A stretch of DNA of 64,000 nucleotides from Tagaea sp. (GCA_965279525.1 CBDIIB010000005.1:672001-736000); one strand, 5' to 3'; counted from the first letter of the stretch, positions 39,365 through 49,446 are shown. Numbers and translations: made by a program. Notes: generated by a model from the sequence alone, not told the origin.

Positions 39365-40032
39365 TAATGGCTCCGGCTGGCGTTCAGGCGCTTCTCGATC
39401 GCTTGAAAGAAGAGTGCAATCGGATACGTCAGTACAAAATAGGCAACTGCGACGATCGTGAGTGTCTCGACCGGCCTGAAGGTTTCAAGCGAGATCAACT
39501 GCCCGACACGTAACAGTTCAGGCGTGCCGATCGCCGTGGCAAGTGCCGTACCCTTGATCAGATAGATGACGGTCGTGCCGGTCGGGGGCATCACGTTGCG
39601 GAATGCCTGCGGCAGAATCACGAATCGCAGCGTGTCGCCAAGGTTCAATCCAAGGACTCTTGAGGCCTGCCATTGGGTCCGGTCGATTCCGGCAATTCCG
39701 GCGCGGAATATCTCAGCGAAGAAGGCCGCTATGTTCAGCCCAAGAGCCAGTGCCGCAGACCAGAATTCATCGAGATCGTAACCGGTGATGACCGGCAGAC
39801 CGTAGAATATCCAGACGATCTGAACGAGCGGCGGGGTTGTACGAAAGAACTCGATAAAGACATAGGCTGGCCAATTGAGTACGGCGATGCCTGAGTAGCG
39901 CATAAGGGCAAGCACAAGCCCGAGCACGAGGCCCAGGCTTGCGCTCACTGCACTCAGCCCGATCGTCACCCGTACCCCGTCGATGAGGTCCGGGAGATAT
40001 TCGACGATCGGCGCGAAGTTAAGGTTGCCCAT
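39364..40032 (-). CDS. Amino-acid ABC transporter permease
   Basis: [21 protein letters not shown]. Start at 40032 (ATG) or 40044. Confidence 0.92.
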   Translation of the reverse strand: MGNLNFAPIVEYLPDLIDGVRVTIGLSAVSASLGLVLGLVLALMRYSGIAVLNWPAYVFIEFFRTTPPLVQIVWIFYGLPVITGYDLDEFWSAALALGLNIAAFFAEIFRAGIAGIDRTQWQASRVLGLNLGDTLRFVILPQAFRNVMPPTGTTVIYLIKGTALATAIGTPELLRVGQLISLETFRPVETLTIVAVAYFVLTYPIALFFQAIEKRLNASRSH

Positions 40033-40052
40033 ATGCGTACTCAATCCGCGGA

Positions 40053-40871
40053 CTACTGGGCTGCGTTGATCTGGTCGGCCGTCATGAACTGCTTGACCAG
40101 TTCAGCCAGTTGGCCGGACTCGCGCAGCTTCTTGGTGAAGCCCGCAACATACTCGGCAAGCTTGGCATCACCCTTCATGTGGGCGTAGCCGACCTTGCAG
40201 GCGCGGATATCGAGCGGATTGTTGTGCCCCGGAAAGACCTTGATTCGATCGCCAAAGGCAGCAAGGGCGACAGTCGTCTGGATCGGCGTATCGAGTACGA
40301 CGGCATCGGCGCGGCCGGCGATCACTTCCTGAATGAGGTCAGCCGATGTCGACTGGCCGAATACCTTCAGCGTTGCCAGCGGTGCTGCTTCCTTTGCGAC
40401 CGACTCTGACCACGAACCGCCGGGCACCGCGAATACGACTTCCGGACGGTTGAACGCCGCCAAGTTCGTCAGCCCCTTCGTGTTGTTCGCCGCGATCGTC
40501 AGTGTCGCGCCGATGGTGATGTAGCTTTCGCTGAAATCGACCGATTCCTTGCGCCTGTCGGTGATGCAGAGCGCGGGAACGATATCCCACTTCTTCGTCT
40601 CGACACCGGCGACGGCCGTGGCCCACTCCGCGTTGACGACGTTGAGTTTCACGCCAAGATCGCTTGCCATCCGCTTCATTACCTCGACATCCATCCCGAC
40701 ATACTCGCCATTCGGCCGGCGGGAGATGAGGGGACGGTAGAGGACGCCGGCGACGCGGAGTTCTCCGCGCTGCTTGATTTCGTCAAGTACGCTTTGTGCA
40801 GCGACCGGCGCCGGTGCGCCGACTGCAACAGTGCCGAGAAGTAGAACCGCCAAAGTCAGGAGTCTACGCAT
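40053..40871 (-). CDS. Amino-acid ABC transporter substrate-binding protein
   Basis: Signal peptide, IKQRGELRV, ITDRRKESVDFS. Confidence 0.92.
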   Translation of the reverse strand: MRRLLTLAVLLLGTVAVGAPAPVAAQSVLDEIKQRGELRVAGVLYRPLISRRPNGEYVGMDVEVMKRMASDLGVKLNVVNAEWATAVAGVETKKWDIVPALCITDRRKESVDFSESYITIGATLTIAANNTKGLTNLAAFNRPEVVFAVPGGSWSESVAKEAAPLATLKVFGQSTSADLIQEVIAGRADAVVLDTPIQTTVALAAFGDRIKVFPGHNNPLDIRACKVGYAHMKGDAKLAEYVAGFTKKLRESGQLAELVKQFMTADQINAAQ

Positions 40872-40939
40872 CGTGATTCTCCTTGTTCATGCGGAGGCAT
40901 GTGGCCGCCGCGGGTTTTCGGTGGCCAGGCGGCCGCCGT

Positions 40940-41605
40940 TTATTCGGCCTTGAACGCAAGACTGCTTCTCTTTTCGAGGTTTGCTGAGAGCAGAACCAGC
41001 GGCCAAGTGAGGACGAAGTAGATGAGCGCCACGAATGTCAGGATCTCGAGCGGCCGGAAGGTTTCGGAGGCAAGTATCCAGCCGCGGTTCATGATCTCTG
41101 GCATTGCGATTACGGCAGCCAGCGATGACTGTTTCACCAGGCTGACCAAAGTGTTGCAGGACGGCGCAAGAATGAGACGCAGTGTCTGGGGAAGCACGAC
41201 CCACCACAGACGCTGGAAACTCGACAAACCGAGTACCTGTGCTGCATCCGACTGGCCGCGTGGCACTGCTGAAATCCCGCCCCGAAAAATCTCGGCCATT
41301 TGGGCGCTGGTGGAACAGGCCAGCGCGCCGGCGACGACCGTAAATGCATCGAGCTTGATGTCGGCGATTACCGGGAGCGCGTAGTAGGCCCAGACGATAT
41401 GCATCAAGGGCGGTGTCGTCCTGAAAAATTCAATCCATGCAAGCGATAACGTTGCCACAACGGGCACGCGCGCTATCCGGGTAACTGCAATGGGTAGAGC
41501 GGCAATGGTTCCGACAGCAAAGGCGACGACCGTGATTCCGATGGTCAACGGTACTCCGAGGAGAAGGGACGGAATGTCGCCGATGACTGTGTCGAATCGC
41601 AGCAT
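40940..41605 (-). CDS. Amino-acid ABC transporter permease
   Basis: FRTTPPL, AEIFRGG, VPRGQSDAA. Confidence 0.92.
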   Translation of the reverse strand: MLRFDTVIGDIPSLLLGVPLTIGITVVAFAVGTIAALPIAVTRIARVPVVATLSLAWIEFFRTTPPLMHIVWAYYALPVIADIKLDAFTVVAGALACSTSAQMAEIFRGGISAVPRGQSDAAQVLGLSSFQRLWWVVLPQTLRLILAPSCNTLVSLVKQSSLAAVIAMPEIMNRGWILASETFRPLEILTFVALIYFVLTWPLVLLSANLEKRSSLAFKAE

Positions 41606-41610
41606 GCCGG

Positions 41611-42408
41611 TCAGCCTTTCGGACCTTTGCGGCGATGCGGCCGTGCACTTGTGTCGGAAGTCCCAATTGGCAGAAGGTCTGCGCCCTTTGTCTTGTGCTC
41701 CTGAAGCTGGGCTTCGATCTCCGTCAAGGCAATCGGTCCGACCGTGAAGTGATCCTTGATCGCGCGCGCCGAGACATCGGCATCTCGCGACTCGATAGCG
41801 TCAAGAATCGCCTGATGCGCGTCCCACGTCCGCTTGCAGAAATCGGCGCTGAAACGGTGCTCCGCTCCCTCGGTATGAACATCCAGAAGCGGGCTTAGAA
41901 GATCCTCGAGCACTGCATTCTTGCTGGCGCGGGCAAGCGCCAGATGGAACTCGCGGTTCAGTTCTTGGCTGGCGGCGTAGTCGAGCGGAAGCGGTTCGGC
42001 TTTGCGAATGATCGCCGCCATCGCGTCGATATCGGCCTTCGTCGCCCGTTCCGTCGCCAGTTGCATGATCTGGCCTTCCAGAAGGCGCCGAGCCTCCCAG
42101 AGATCGCGGATCCCGATGCGCTGCATGGCGAGATGGAACAGTGCCGGATCGTAGATCAGCGGCATCCAGCGGAACGGCCGAATGACCGTCCCGCTCCCGT
42201 GATTGGCCTCGACGACATTGAGTGCGGCCAGACGCTGCACGGCCTCGCGGATCACTGCGAGACCAACCCGCATCGACCGGGCGAGTTCCCGCTGCGGCGG
42301 AAGCCTGTTGCCTGGAACAAGTTCGCCACTCGCGATCCGCTTGAGGATCGTCTGCGCGACCTGATCGGGAAGCGTCTGGATGGTCGGGGAAGGCCACGCT
42401 TTGGTCAT
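41611..42408 (-). CDS. GntR/FadR family regulator
   Basis: PGNRLPPQRELA...IREA HTH plus FCD domain. Confidence 0.92.
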   Translation of the reverse strand: MTKAWPSPTIQTLPDQVAQTILKRIASGELVPGNRLPPQRELARSMRVGLAVIREAVQRLAALNVVEANHGSGTVIRPFRWMPLIYDPALFHLAMQRIGIRDLWEARRLLEGQIMQLATERATKADIDAMAAIIRKAEPLPLDYAASQELNREFHLALARASKNAVLEDLLSPLLDVHTEGAEHRFSADFCKRTWDAHQAILDAIESRDADVSARAIKDHFTVGPIALTEIEAQLQEHKTKGADLLPIGTSDTSARPHRRKGPKG

Positions 42409-42440
42409 TGCAATCTACTCCAAGAGTGTTAGGTTGATAG

Positions 42441-42455
42441 AGTGTTCGGAACACT
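42441..42455. promoter_or_regulatory. Palindromic candidate operator between the divergent GntR and enolase genes
   Basis: AGTGTTC-G-GAACACT perfect 7-bp inverted repeat; extra half-site AGTGTT nearby at about 42425. Confidence 0.55.
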
Positions 42456-42492
42456 TTGTCAATCGATGACTTAAATCGAAACGGAGGGGAGA

Positions 42493-43623
42493 ATGAAGAT
42501 CACGGCAGTTCGTACGGTTCCAGTCTGGGGGCGCCGGAGGCGTCCATACGGAACCGTGACGCGTACCGCTCTGGGTGCCGCCCCTATCTCCGACTACACG
42601 ATCATATTCGTCGAAACCGATGCCGGCATAACAGGCCTCGGAGAGGTCTGCTCGGTCTTCAAGCGGCGTGGCGCCCTGCTCCGCTCCGACGTCGACCTGG
42701 CGCTCGCGCCGGCAGTCTTGGGCGAGGATCCTTTCCGGATCGCGCATCTGGTGGCCAAGATGGATGCGACACTCGACGGCGTCGAGGAAGCAAAGGCCGG
42801 CATCGAGATGGCCCTGTGGGACATAGTCGGGAAAGCGCTGAATACGCCTGTCTACAATCTGCTCGGCGGAAAGGTTCGTGATCGCATTCCGCTCAGCTAC
42901 TCGATTCCGTTTGGTACGCCGGAGCAGATGGCGGCACTTGCGGTCGAACGCGTCAAGTTTGGTCACAAGACCATCAAGGTGAAGGTCGGCAGTGAGGACG
43001 GGCCGCGCGACATCGCGGCAGTCCGCATGATCCGAGAAGCGATCGGACCGGCAATCAAGCTTCGCGTCGACGGCAACATGGGTTGGCCCACCGCCAAGCA
43101 CGCCATCCGGATGATCCGTGCGATGGAGCCCTACAATCTGGAGCTCTTCGAGCAGCCTCTTGCAGCTCTCGATCTCGATGGAATGGCGGAAGTCCGGCAG
43201 AACATCGGCGTTCCTCTCATGGCAGACGAAAGCATCCGGAATCCGCGTAGTGCCATGGCCGTGATCCGGCGGGGTGCGGCCGACATCGCGAATGTCTATG
43301 TCACCGAAGCCGGTGGAATCCTCAACGCGACCCGTATTTTCGCGATGTGCGAGGCCGCGTCGATTCCCTGCATGATCGGCTCGATGCCGGAGTTCGGGAT
43401 CGGAACTGCCGCACAGATCCATCTGGGCCTGGCAATGACCAATCTCGGGCCTGACAGCGACACGTGCGGTGTCCTCTACCACGAGGAGGATCTGCTCAAG
43501 ACTCCGCTTCGCTTCGAGGATGGCTTCGCTTATGCCCCCACTGGTCCAGGACTTGGCGTCGAAGTCGACATGGCTATTGTGGAGAAATGGAACAAGGCCG
43601 GTCCGGACGGGGCCAAGGGCTGA
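42493..43623 (+). CDS. Enolase superfamily enzyme, muconate lactonizing enzyme subgroup
   Basis: ALWDIVGK, KVK, DGN, EQP, DES, PTGPGLG. Confidence 0.92.
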   Translation: MKITAVRTVPVWGRRRRPYGTVTRTALGAAPISDYTIIFVETDAGITGLGEVCSVFKRRGALLRSDVDLALAPAVLGEDPFRIAHLVAKMDATLDGVEEAKAGIEMALWDIVGKALNTPVYNLLGGKVRDRIPLSYSIPFGTPEQMAALAVERVKFGHKTIKVKVGSEDGPRDIAAVRMIREAIGPAIKLRVDGNMGWPTAKHAIRMIRAMEPYNLELFEQPLAALDLDGMAEVRQNIGVPLMADESIRNPRSAMAVIRRGAADIANVYVTEAGGILNATRIFAMCEAASIPCMIGSMPEFGIGTAAQIHLGLAMTNLGPDSDTCGVLYHEEDLLKTPLRFEDGFAYAPTGPGLGVEVDMAIVEKWNKAGPDGAKG

Positions 43624-43635
43624 AGGGAGCGCGAA

Positions 43636-45054
43636 ATGGGACCCAGCACGCATCAGAATTGCGACATCCTGATCCGCAACGGCTACGTCGTGACGATGGA
43701 TGCTCGACGAACCCTGTTCCCCGCAGGGGCTGTCGCCATCCGCGGCCATACGATTGTCGACGTAGGGCCTGAGGCCACACTCACGAAGAAGTGGAAAGCC
43801 GTGCGGACGATCGATGCGGGCGGGAGCTTCGTGCATCCTGGCTACATCGATGCACACCTGCATGTGAATGCCCAATCCTGCCGCGGTTTCTTTCGGGGCG
43901 ATGCCAGCAAGGGAACGGCAAAAGGGCCCAGCTACGCCGACTGGAAGGCAGAACTGACGGGCGACGACGAGCAAGCAGCAACAGCGCTTGCATCGGTGGA
44001 GATGCTGCGCCACGGGATCACGACATTCGTCGAGCCAGGTAGTGCATTCGAACCGGATGCCGTGGCCGAAGCTGCAGGTGCTGTCGGAATCCGGTGCACC
44101 CTGTCTGATCCCTATCTATGGGACGAGACCGAGATCATGCAGACGATCCCGGGCCTGATGAGTCCCGCCCTCGCCCGCCGGGTCCCGCCGGAGCGAGGCC
44201 GCTGCATGAAGTTGCTGGGCGGTCAGCTATTCCGGAATCGCGATCCGGACGGAATCGCACATGGGCACATAGCGCTCTACGGCGAGGGAACGGCGTCGGA
44301 CGAGCTCCTGCGAGCATCGAAGTCGCTTGCCGACAAAGAGAATACCGTCGTCAACAGTCATATTGGTTACGATTTGGATCTTGCACAGGCCATGGAGAAG
44401 CGGTGGGGAAAGCCTCGCTTCGTTCATCTGCACGATATCGGCGTACTCGGGCCGAACCAGACCTTCGTCCACATGAACCTGATCGGGGAGCAGGAAGTAG
44501 ACCCGATCCTTTCAGCGGATATCGTCAGCGTGTGGTGTCCATTTGCCTATGCATCTCGTGCCACGGTAATGCGAATGCCAACGCCGCTTCCTGAATTGAA
44601 AAAGAAGGGGGCTGTAGTCGCACTTGGCACAGATTCGGCGCGCCAAAGCTCATCCGGCGATGCGGGCTTCCTTGCCTTCGTCTTGTCTGCAGAAGTCGGT
44701 CGCGGTCTCCAGGCTGAAGAAATTCTGGAGATGCTGACACTGGGAGGGGCACGGGCTGCGGGACTTCAGACGCTGATCGGTGCGCTGGCGCCCGGCATGC
44801 GAGCAGATGTCGTAATCCGTTCAAATCATTTCGCCGAAATTGCGCCCGGGGTAGACGCAGTCCATCAGCTCGTCGCAATCGCTCACGGAGCAACAGCTGA
44901 TACGGTGCTCGTCAATGGCAACCTCGTGCTACGTCACGGCCAACCAACAAACGTCGATGAAGGTGCAGTCATCGATGGAGCTCGGAAATCCGTAGCCGGT
45001 GTTGCCAAGCGGCTGGGGATATTCCCATCTGGTCTTTGGCCAAAGCAGAGCTGA
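43636..45054 (+). CDS. Amidohydrolase family protein (Atz/Trz/SAH-deaminase-like)
   Basis: PGYIDAHLH, EMLRHGITT, VHMN, ALGTD, G.LAPG.RAD. Confidence 0.9.
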   Translation: MGPSTHQNCDILIRNGYVVTMDARRTLFPAGAVAIRGHTIVDVGPEATLTKKWKAVRTIDAGGSFVHPGYIDAHLHVNAQSCRGFFRGDASKGTAKGPSYADWKAELTGDDEQAATALASVEMLRHGITTFVEPGSAFEPDAVAEAAGAVGIRCTLSDPYLWDETEIMQTIPGLMSPALARRVPPERGRCMKLLGGQLFRNRDPDGIAHGHIALYGEGTASDELLRASKSLADKENTVVNSHIGYDLDLAQAMEKRWGKPRFVHLHDIGVLGPNQTFVHMNLIGEQEVDPILSADIVSVWCPFAYASRATVMRMPTPLPELKKKGAVVALGTDSARQSSSGDAGFLAFVLSAEVGRGLQAEEILEMLTLGGARAAGLQTLIGALAPGMRADVVIRSNHFAEIAPGVDAVHQLVAIAHGATADTVLVNGNLVLRHGQPTNVDEGAVIDGARKSVAGVAKRLGIFPSGLWPKQS

Positions 45055-45098
45055 CTGCTGAATTGACTGGGGTGCATGGCATGATTTGCCCGAAGATC

Positions 45099-45188
45099 TG
45101 GTCTGCCCCGAGATCCGCGGACATCGAGATATGCTCTGAACCAACTCCATCGGAAGCGCAAAATCAGTGAGAATGGAGGCTGCGGAAG
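45099..45188 (+). repeat. 90-bp junction element, copy E (left half conserved, right half decayed)
   Basis: First 38 nt match copy A at 29/38; GTGAG and GGCT remain in register in the right half; preceded by a 17-nt tandem partial copy at 45082-45098. Confidence 0.65.
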
Positions 45189-45252
45189 TTGGCCCTACCC
45201 CGTCCCTGTAGCCGGGTTCACTCGGCGCAGGAATCTCGGCGCGACAGTATCA

Positions 45253-46362
45253 TCACGTCAAGAAGCCAACCTTCTTCCGCTTGATCAGGTCAAAGTCGAT
45301 CTGCGCTCCAAGGCCCGGCGCATCGAAGCAGTGGACGTATCCGTCCTTGTCGACTTCGATGTCCTGAATAAGCCCATACTTCTGAGCCGCATCTGGCAGC
45401 AGAACCTCGAAATAATCCGAGTTCTTGATCGCCATGATCAAATGAAGATTCGCGACATTCGCGAGCGAGTTGCCACCATGATGGACCTCAAGGTTCATCT
45501 GGAACCCCTCGGCAAGGTGGGCCAGCTTAATCATTGGCGTTAGCCCGCCCTTGATCGCAACGTCACCCCGCAGGTAGTCCGTTGCCTTGGCTGTGATCCA
45601 TGCGGCGTAGGCTTCGTAACCACCCGGCGCGTATTCCGTCGCCATGATGGGGATATCGAGCTTCGCGCAAAGCTTTGAGTAGTTGTAGATGTCGCATTCG
45701 TGCAGTGGGTCTTCGTACCAAAGGAAGTCCAACTCCTCGAGGACCCGCCCGAGGCGCATCGCCTGCGGAAAGTCGAACGCACCCGCCGGGTCGATCATCA
45801 ACTGGATGTCAGGTCCCACGAGCTTGCGAACGTCACGGCAGACTTTGATGCACTCGTCGAGCTCATGCGGCGGATGGAGCTTATAGGCCCGGAATCCACG
45901 GCCGAGGACGCGCTCGGCATCTGCCATGTATGCGGCATGGTTGGGCAGCGTAGAAGAGCTCGCATAGGCACGGACCTTGCGCCGATAGCCGCCAAGCATC
46001 TTGTGGATTGGCATTCCCGCGACCTTGCCTGCGATATCCCATAGAGCGAGGTCGACGGCGCCGATCGCACGGTACGAGGTGGCTCGCCAACGCTTGTACA
46101 GCGAACGATGAAGGCGTTCTCTCTCAAGAGGATCCTGCCCGATGACCAGCGGCTTCAGCTGATCGACGAGCGAATGGGCATCGAGTGCCGCACTGCGGAA
46201 CGAAGATCCGAGGAAGCTGTGCCCCTCAACACCGTCATCGGTGGTGACGGTAACCAGACCGATTTCGCTCTTGTTCGTCGTCTTCGGATTATGGGCGCCA
46301 TAGACAACCGGCGGAAGGTCATTCCACTCGAACATCGTAACGGTCAGATCCTTGATGCGCAT
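45253..46362 (-). CDS. Enolase superfamily enzyme, mandelate racemase subgroup (probable acid-sugar dehydratase)
   Basis: DLALWDIAGK, KLH, MID, EDP, TE, RGD/HH dyad, PGLG; AAGGAG RBS before ATG 46362. Confidence 0.9.
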   Translation of the reverse strand: MRIKDLTVTMFEWNDLPPVVYGAHNPKTTNKSEIGLVTVTTDDGVEGHSFLGSSFRSAALDAHSLVDQLKPLVIGQDPLERERLHRSLYKRWRATSYRAIGAVDLALWDIAGKVAGMPIHKMLGGYRRKVRAYASSSTLPNHAAYMADAERVLGRGFRAYKLHPPHELDECIKVCRDVRKLVGPDIQLMIDPAGAFDFPQAMRLGRVLEELDFLWYEDPLHECDIYNYSKLCAKLDIPIMATEYAPGGYEAYAAWITAKATDYLRGDVAIKGGLTPMIKLAHLAEGFQMNLEVHHGGNSLANVANLHLIMAIKNSDYFEVLLPDAAQKYGLIQDIEVDKDGYVHCFDAPGLGAQIDFDLIKRKKVGFLT

Positions 46363-46376
46363 CGCCTGATACTCCT

Positions 46377-47201
46377 TCAATGCTTTACGGCGCCATGGGT
46401 CAGCCCTGAAACCATCAGGCTTCCGAGCACCAGATAGACGAACAGGACAGGAATGATCGCGAGCGTCGCGGCCGCGGTCAGCGGCCCCCAGTCACGACCG
46501 AAGAAACCGATGAACTGATAGATCGCGACCTGTAGCGGCCTGAATTGCGGCGATTCGACCATGATCGAACCGGCGATGAACTCGTTCCACGCATGCATGA
46601 ACAGCATCAGACCGGCCGCACCCATGGCAGGCCGGGTCAGCGGCAGGATGACCAGCCGGTAGACCTTGAAGCTGGAGGCACCGTCGACATAGGCGGCCTC
46701 GTCGAGCTCGCGCGGGATTGATTCGATGCTGCCTTTGATAATCCAGATGGCCATCGGCAGCGTGTAGACCGTGTAGATCAGTACGAGAGTGAACCACTGA
46801 TTGGTCAGCCCGAAGTATGTGAAATACAGATAGTTAGGGATCAAGAGAGCGGCCGCACCGATCGACAGCGGAATGCTGGCGACGACGACAAGGAACAGGA
46901 TCTGCCGGCCCTTAAACTTGAACCGGTCGAAACCGAATGCGGCAAGTGACGCCAGAAAGACGCCGAGCACGACGGTTGCGATTGCGTAGACCGATGTGTT
47001 GCGCAGGGAGATCGGGAAATCGCTGCCGAGGACCGTCGCGTAGTGCTCCAGCGTCAGGTCAAAGGAGAAGACCCGCGGCGGATAGACCATGATCTGCGTC
47101 GTCGGCTTGAGCGAAGTGATTATCCCCCAGACGAGAGGCAACAGGTTGACCGTGACCAGGCAAAGGAAGGCAGCGAGTACGAGAAGGTTTTTCACGCGCA
47201 T
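46377..47201 (-). CDS. Carbohydrate ABC transporter permease
   Basis: IPRELDEAAYVDGAS, AWNEF. Confidence 0.92.
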   Translation of the reverse strand: MRVKNLLVLAAFLCLVTVNLLPLVWGIITSLKPTTQIMVYPPRVFSFDLTLEHYATVLGSDFPISLRNTSVYAIATVVLGVFLASLAAFGFDRFKFKGRQILFLVVVASIPLSIGAAALLIPNYLYFTYFGLTNQWFTLVLIYTVYTLPMAIWIIKGSIESIPRELDEAAYVDGASSFKVYRLVILPLTRPAMGAAGLMLFMHAWNEFIAGSIMVESPQFRPLQVAIYQFIGFFGRDWGPLTAAATLAIIPVLFVYLVLGSLMVSGLTHGAVKH

Positions 47202-47202
47202 C

Positions 47203-48057
47203 TCAGACCTTCCACTTCGCGAGGCGGACATACGCGACAACGAGAACGATGTTGGCGAGGAACATGCCGATGGCCATCGCTATCGCCGTGTTGAAGTCGA
47301 ACGATGCGAAGGCGCGCATATAGACATCGAGCGGGAGGATGTTCGTCGCTCCAGCCGGCCCGCCGCCGGTGACGATCAGGGGCGTTTCGACGTTGTTCAG
47401 GTTGCTGAGGGTCAGGATTACCGAAGTGACCAGCAGAGGGGTCTTGAGCTGCGGGATGGTCACGAATCGGAAGGACTGCCAGCGCGACGCCCCGTCCACA
47501 GCAGCAGCCTCGAAATAGTCCTTAGGTATGCTCTTGAGGCCCGCCAGAAGGATGATTACGGCGAATCCGAGGGCGCGCCAGGTCGCGAATGCGATCAACA
47601 GCACCATCGCTGTCGTTGAGTCCGCCAGCGGATTTATGCGGCCGAAGCCGATGGTCTCAAGAAAGTGGATGCCAAGCCCGATCTCGGTGACATAGACCCA
47701 GCGAAACAACAGCGCCTGCACGACGTGACTGACAACCCATGGAATGATGACGCAGATTTGCAAGGTCATGGCGAACCACCCGGACAAACTGTTGATCCAG
47801 GAGGCGAGCGCCAAGGCCACTGCCAGCGTCACGATGAGGGCGCCGGTCGTGAAGACGACGCTGATCCAGACGACGTGCAGGACCTCCGGATCACCGAGCA
47901 GGTGGCGATAGTTGTCCAGACCGACGAAGTCGGTCGGGAGCAAGAACTGCACGTCGAAGAGGCTGTAGTAGAACCCGTACAACGAAGGCAGATACAGGAT
48001 CGCAAACATCAGCCCAAGCGCAGGCGCGATGTAGGCGTAGGCGGCGCGCTGGTTCAT
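47203..48057 (-). CDS. Carbohydrate ABC transporter permease
   Basis: FVGLDNY, AGLKSIP..YFEAAAVDGAS, TGGGP. Confidence 0.92.
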   Translation of the reverse strand: MNQRAAYAYIAPALGLMFAILYLPSLYGFYYSLFDVQFLLPTDFVGLDNYRHLLGDPEVLHVVWISVVFTTGALIVTLAVALALASWINSLSGWFAMTLQICVIIPWVVSHVVQALLFRWVYVTEIGLGIHFLETIGFGRINPLADSTTAMVLLIAFATWRALGFAVIILLAGLKSIPKDYFEAAAVDGASRWQSFRFVTIPQLKTPLLVTSVILTLSNLNNVETPLIVTGGGPAGATNILPLDVYMRAFASFDFNTAIAMAIGMFLANIVLVVAYVRLAKWKV

Positions 48058-48077
48058 CGCTCAGATTCGCGCCTGTC

Positions 48078-49379
48078 TCAGCGACGATGCCGTCGGTTGA
48101 ACTCACGCTCCGCAGCGAGCAGGGCCTCACGAGTGTCCGTGCCACGCGTAAGGATCACCTGAGCGACTTTGTTGAGGTCTTCGCGATAGCCACCGATGGT
48201 GAAGTCGAGGGGTGCGAGCCAGCCGTACTTGACGGTCGCTTTGGCTGCGACAGCCAGATACTGCTTCGACGGCTCTTCCAGATAGTCCTTGAGGGTCGCG
48301 ATCGTTGACTGGCGGATCGGCACCGTACCGGATTCACGCGTCCACCAGACATCGGCCTCGCGCCCGCCCATGAACTCGACGAACTTTGCGGATTCCTTCA
48401 GAACCTTCGACTTCGACCAGATGCAGGTGCACCAGCCCGTAATCGAACCGGGCGAGTTGGTACCTTCCTTGTCGCCCGGCCACGGCAGGAACGCGATGTC
48501 GTTCGGATCGATCGCCTTTTGAAGGACGGGGATACGTACGGAAGACGCCGAGATTACGGCGTATCGGCCTGCGGCGAAGTGCTCGAAGAGTTCTTCCGAA
48601 TTGAGGGAGATCGCGCTGTCGGGTGTGACCTTGTGGACACGCACCATGTCGAGCTGCGCGTTCATCGCAGCGACGCCGACATCGCCCGACCATTTTGCGC
48701 GGCCGTCCTGCTCGAACAGGCTACCCTGTCGAGCCAGCATCATGTTGACCGCCATCTGCGGCGTTGCCTTGTCGGCGGAGAACGCCTGTCCATAACCCCA
48801 GCGCGAGACATTGCCGGCTGCGTCACGGACCGTGAGTTTCTTTGCCGCGTTGGTAAGGCGATCCCAGGTGCCAAGATCCTCGGGCGTCAGCCCAGCGGCC
48901 TTCAGCATCGAGGGGCGGTAAAGCATGCCGAAATAATTTCTGGAATGCGCGATCATGTATCGCTGCGTCGGCGTCGTTCCATAGTTCCAGAAGGCGTCGT
49001 TCAGATCTTCTCGATCCGCCGGCGACCAACCGTTCACGAACAGCTCGTTGATATTGGCAAAGGCGCCTGCCTTCACCCCGGCGGCAAGCTGTTCGTTATG
49101 GAACCAGGTTACATCGGGTGCGTTGCCGGCACCGTGCGCGGCAATGAACTTCGCCGACATCTGGTCCCAGACCTGAAGCTCGATTGTGACCTTGATGCCG
49201 GGATTGCGGGCTTCGAACTCTTTTATGATCTTCGCGAGCACCTTGCCGCGCGGATCGGCGCCATCCGGATTGATGAAACTCCACATCCGGATCTGAGTTT
49301 CTTGTGCATGGGCCTGCGGCGCCAGAATTCCAATGGCGATCAGCAGGGCGAATGTCACGCCGCGGAGCAATCTGATCAT
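48078..49379 (-). CDS. Carbohydrate ABC transporter substrate-binding protein
   Basis: GGAGG RBS, signal peptide, FEARNPGIKV, G.APDV, TWD.L..AAKKLT. Confidence 0.9.
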   Translation of the reverse strand: MIRLLRGVTFALLIAIGILAPQAHAQETQIRMWSFINPDGADPRGKVLAKIIKEFEARNPGIKVTIELQVWDQMSAKFIAAHGAGNAPDVTWFHNEQLAAGVKAGAFANINELFVNGWSPADREDLNDAFWNYGTTPTQRYMIAHSRNYFGMLYRPSMLKAAGLTPEDLGTWDRLTNAAKKLTVRDAAGNVSRWGYGQAFSADKATPQMAVNMMLARQGSLFEQDGRAKWSGDVGVAAMNAQLDMVRVHKVTPDSAISLNSEELFEHFAAGRYAVISASSVRIPVLQKAIDPNDIAFLPWPGDKEGTNSPGSITGWCTCIWSKSKVLKESAKFVEFMGGREADVWWTRESGTVPIRQSTIATLKDYLEEPSKQYLAVAAKATVKYGWLAPLDFTIGGYREDLNKVAQVILTRGTDTREALLAAEREFNRRHRR

Positions 49380-49446
49380 GTCGTTCCTCCCCTTTTTTCA
49401 GGCCGGCGCTTTTGCGCTCAACCTGTCGCCTGTCTAAAGTCCGGTA

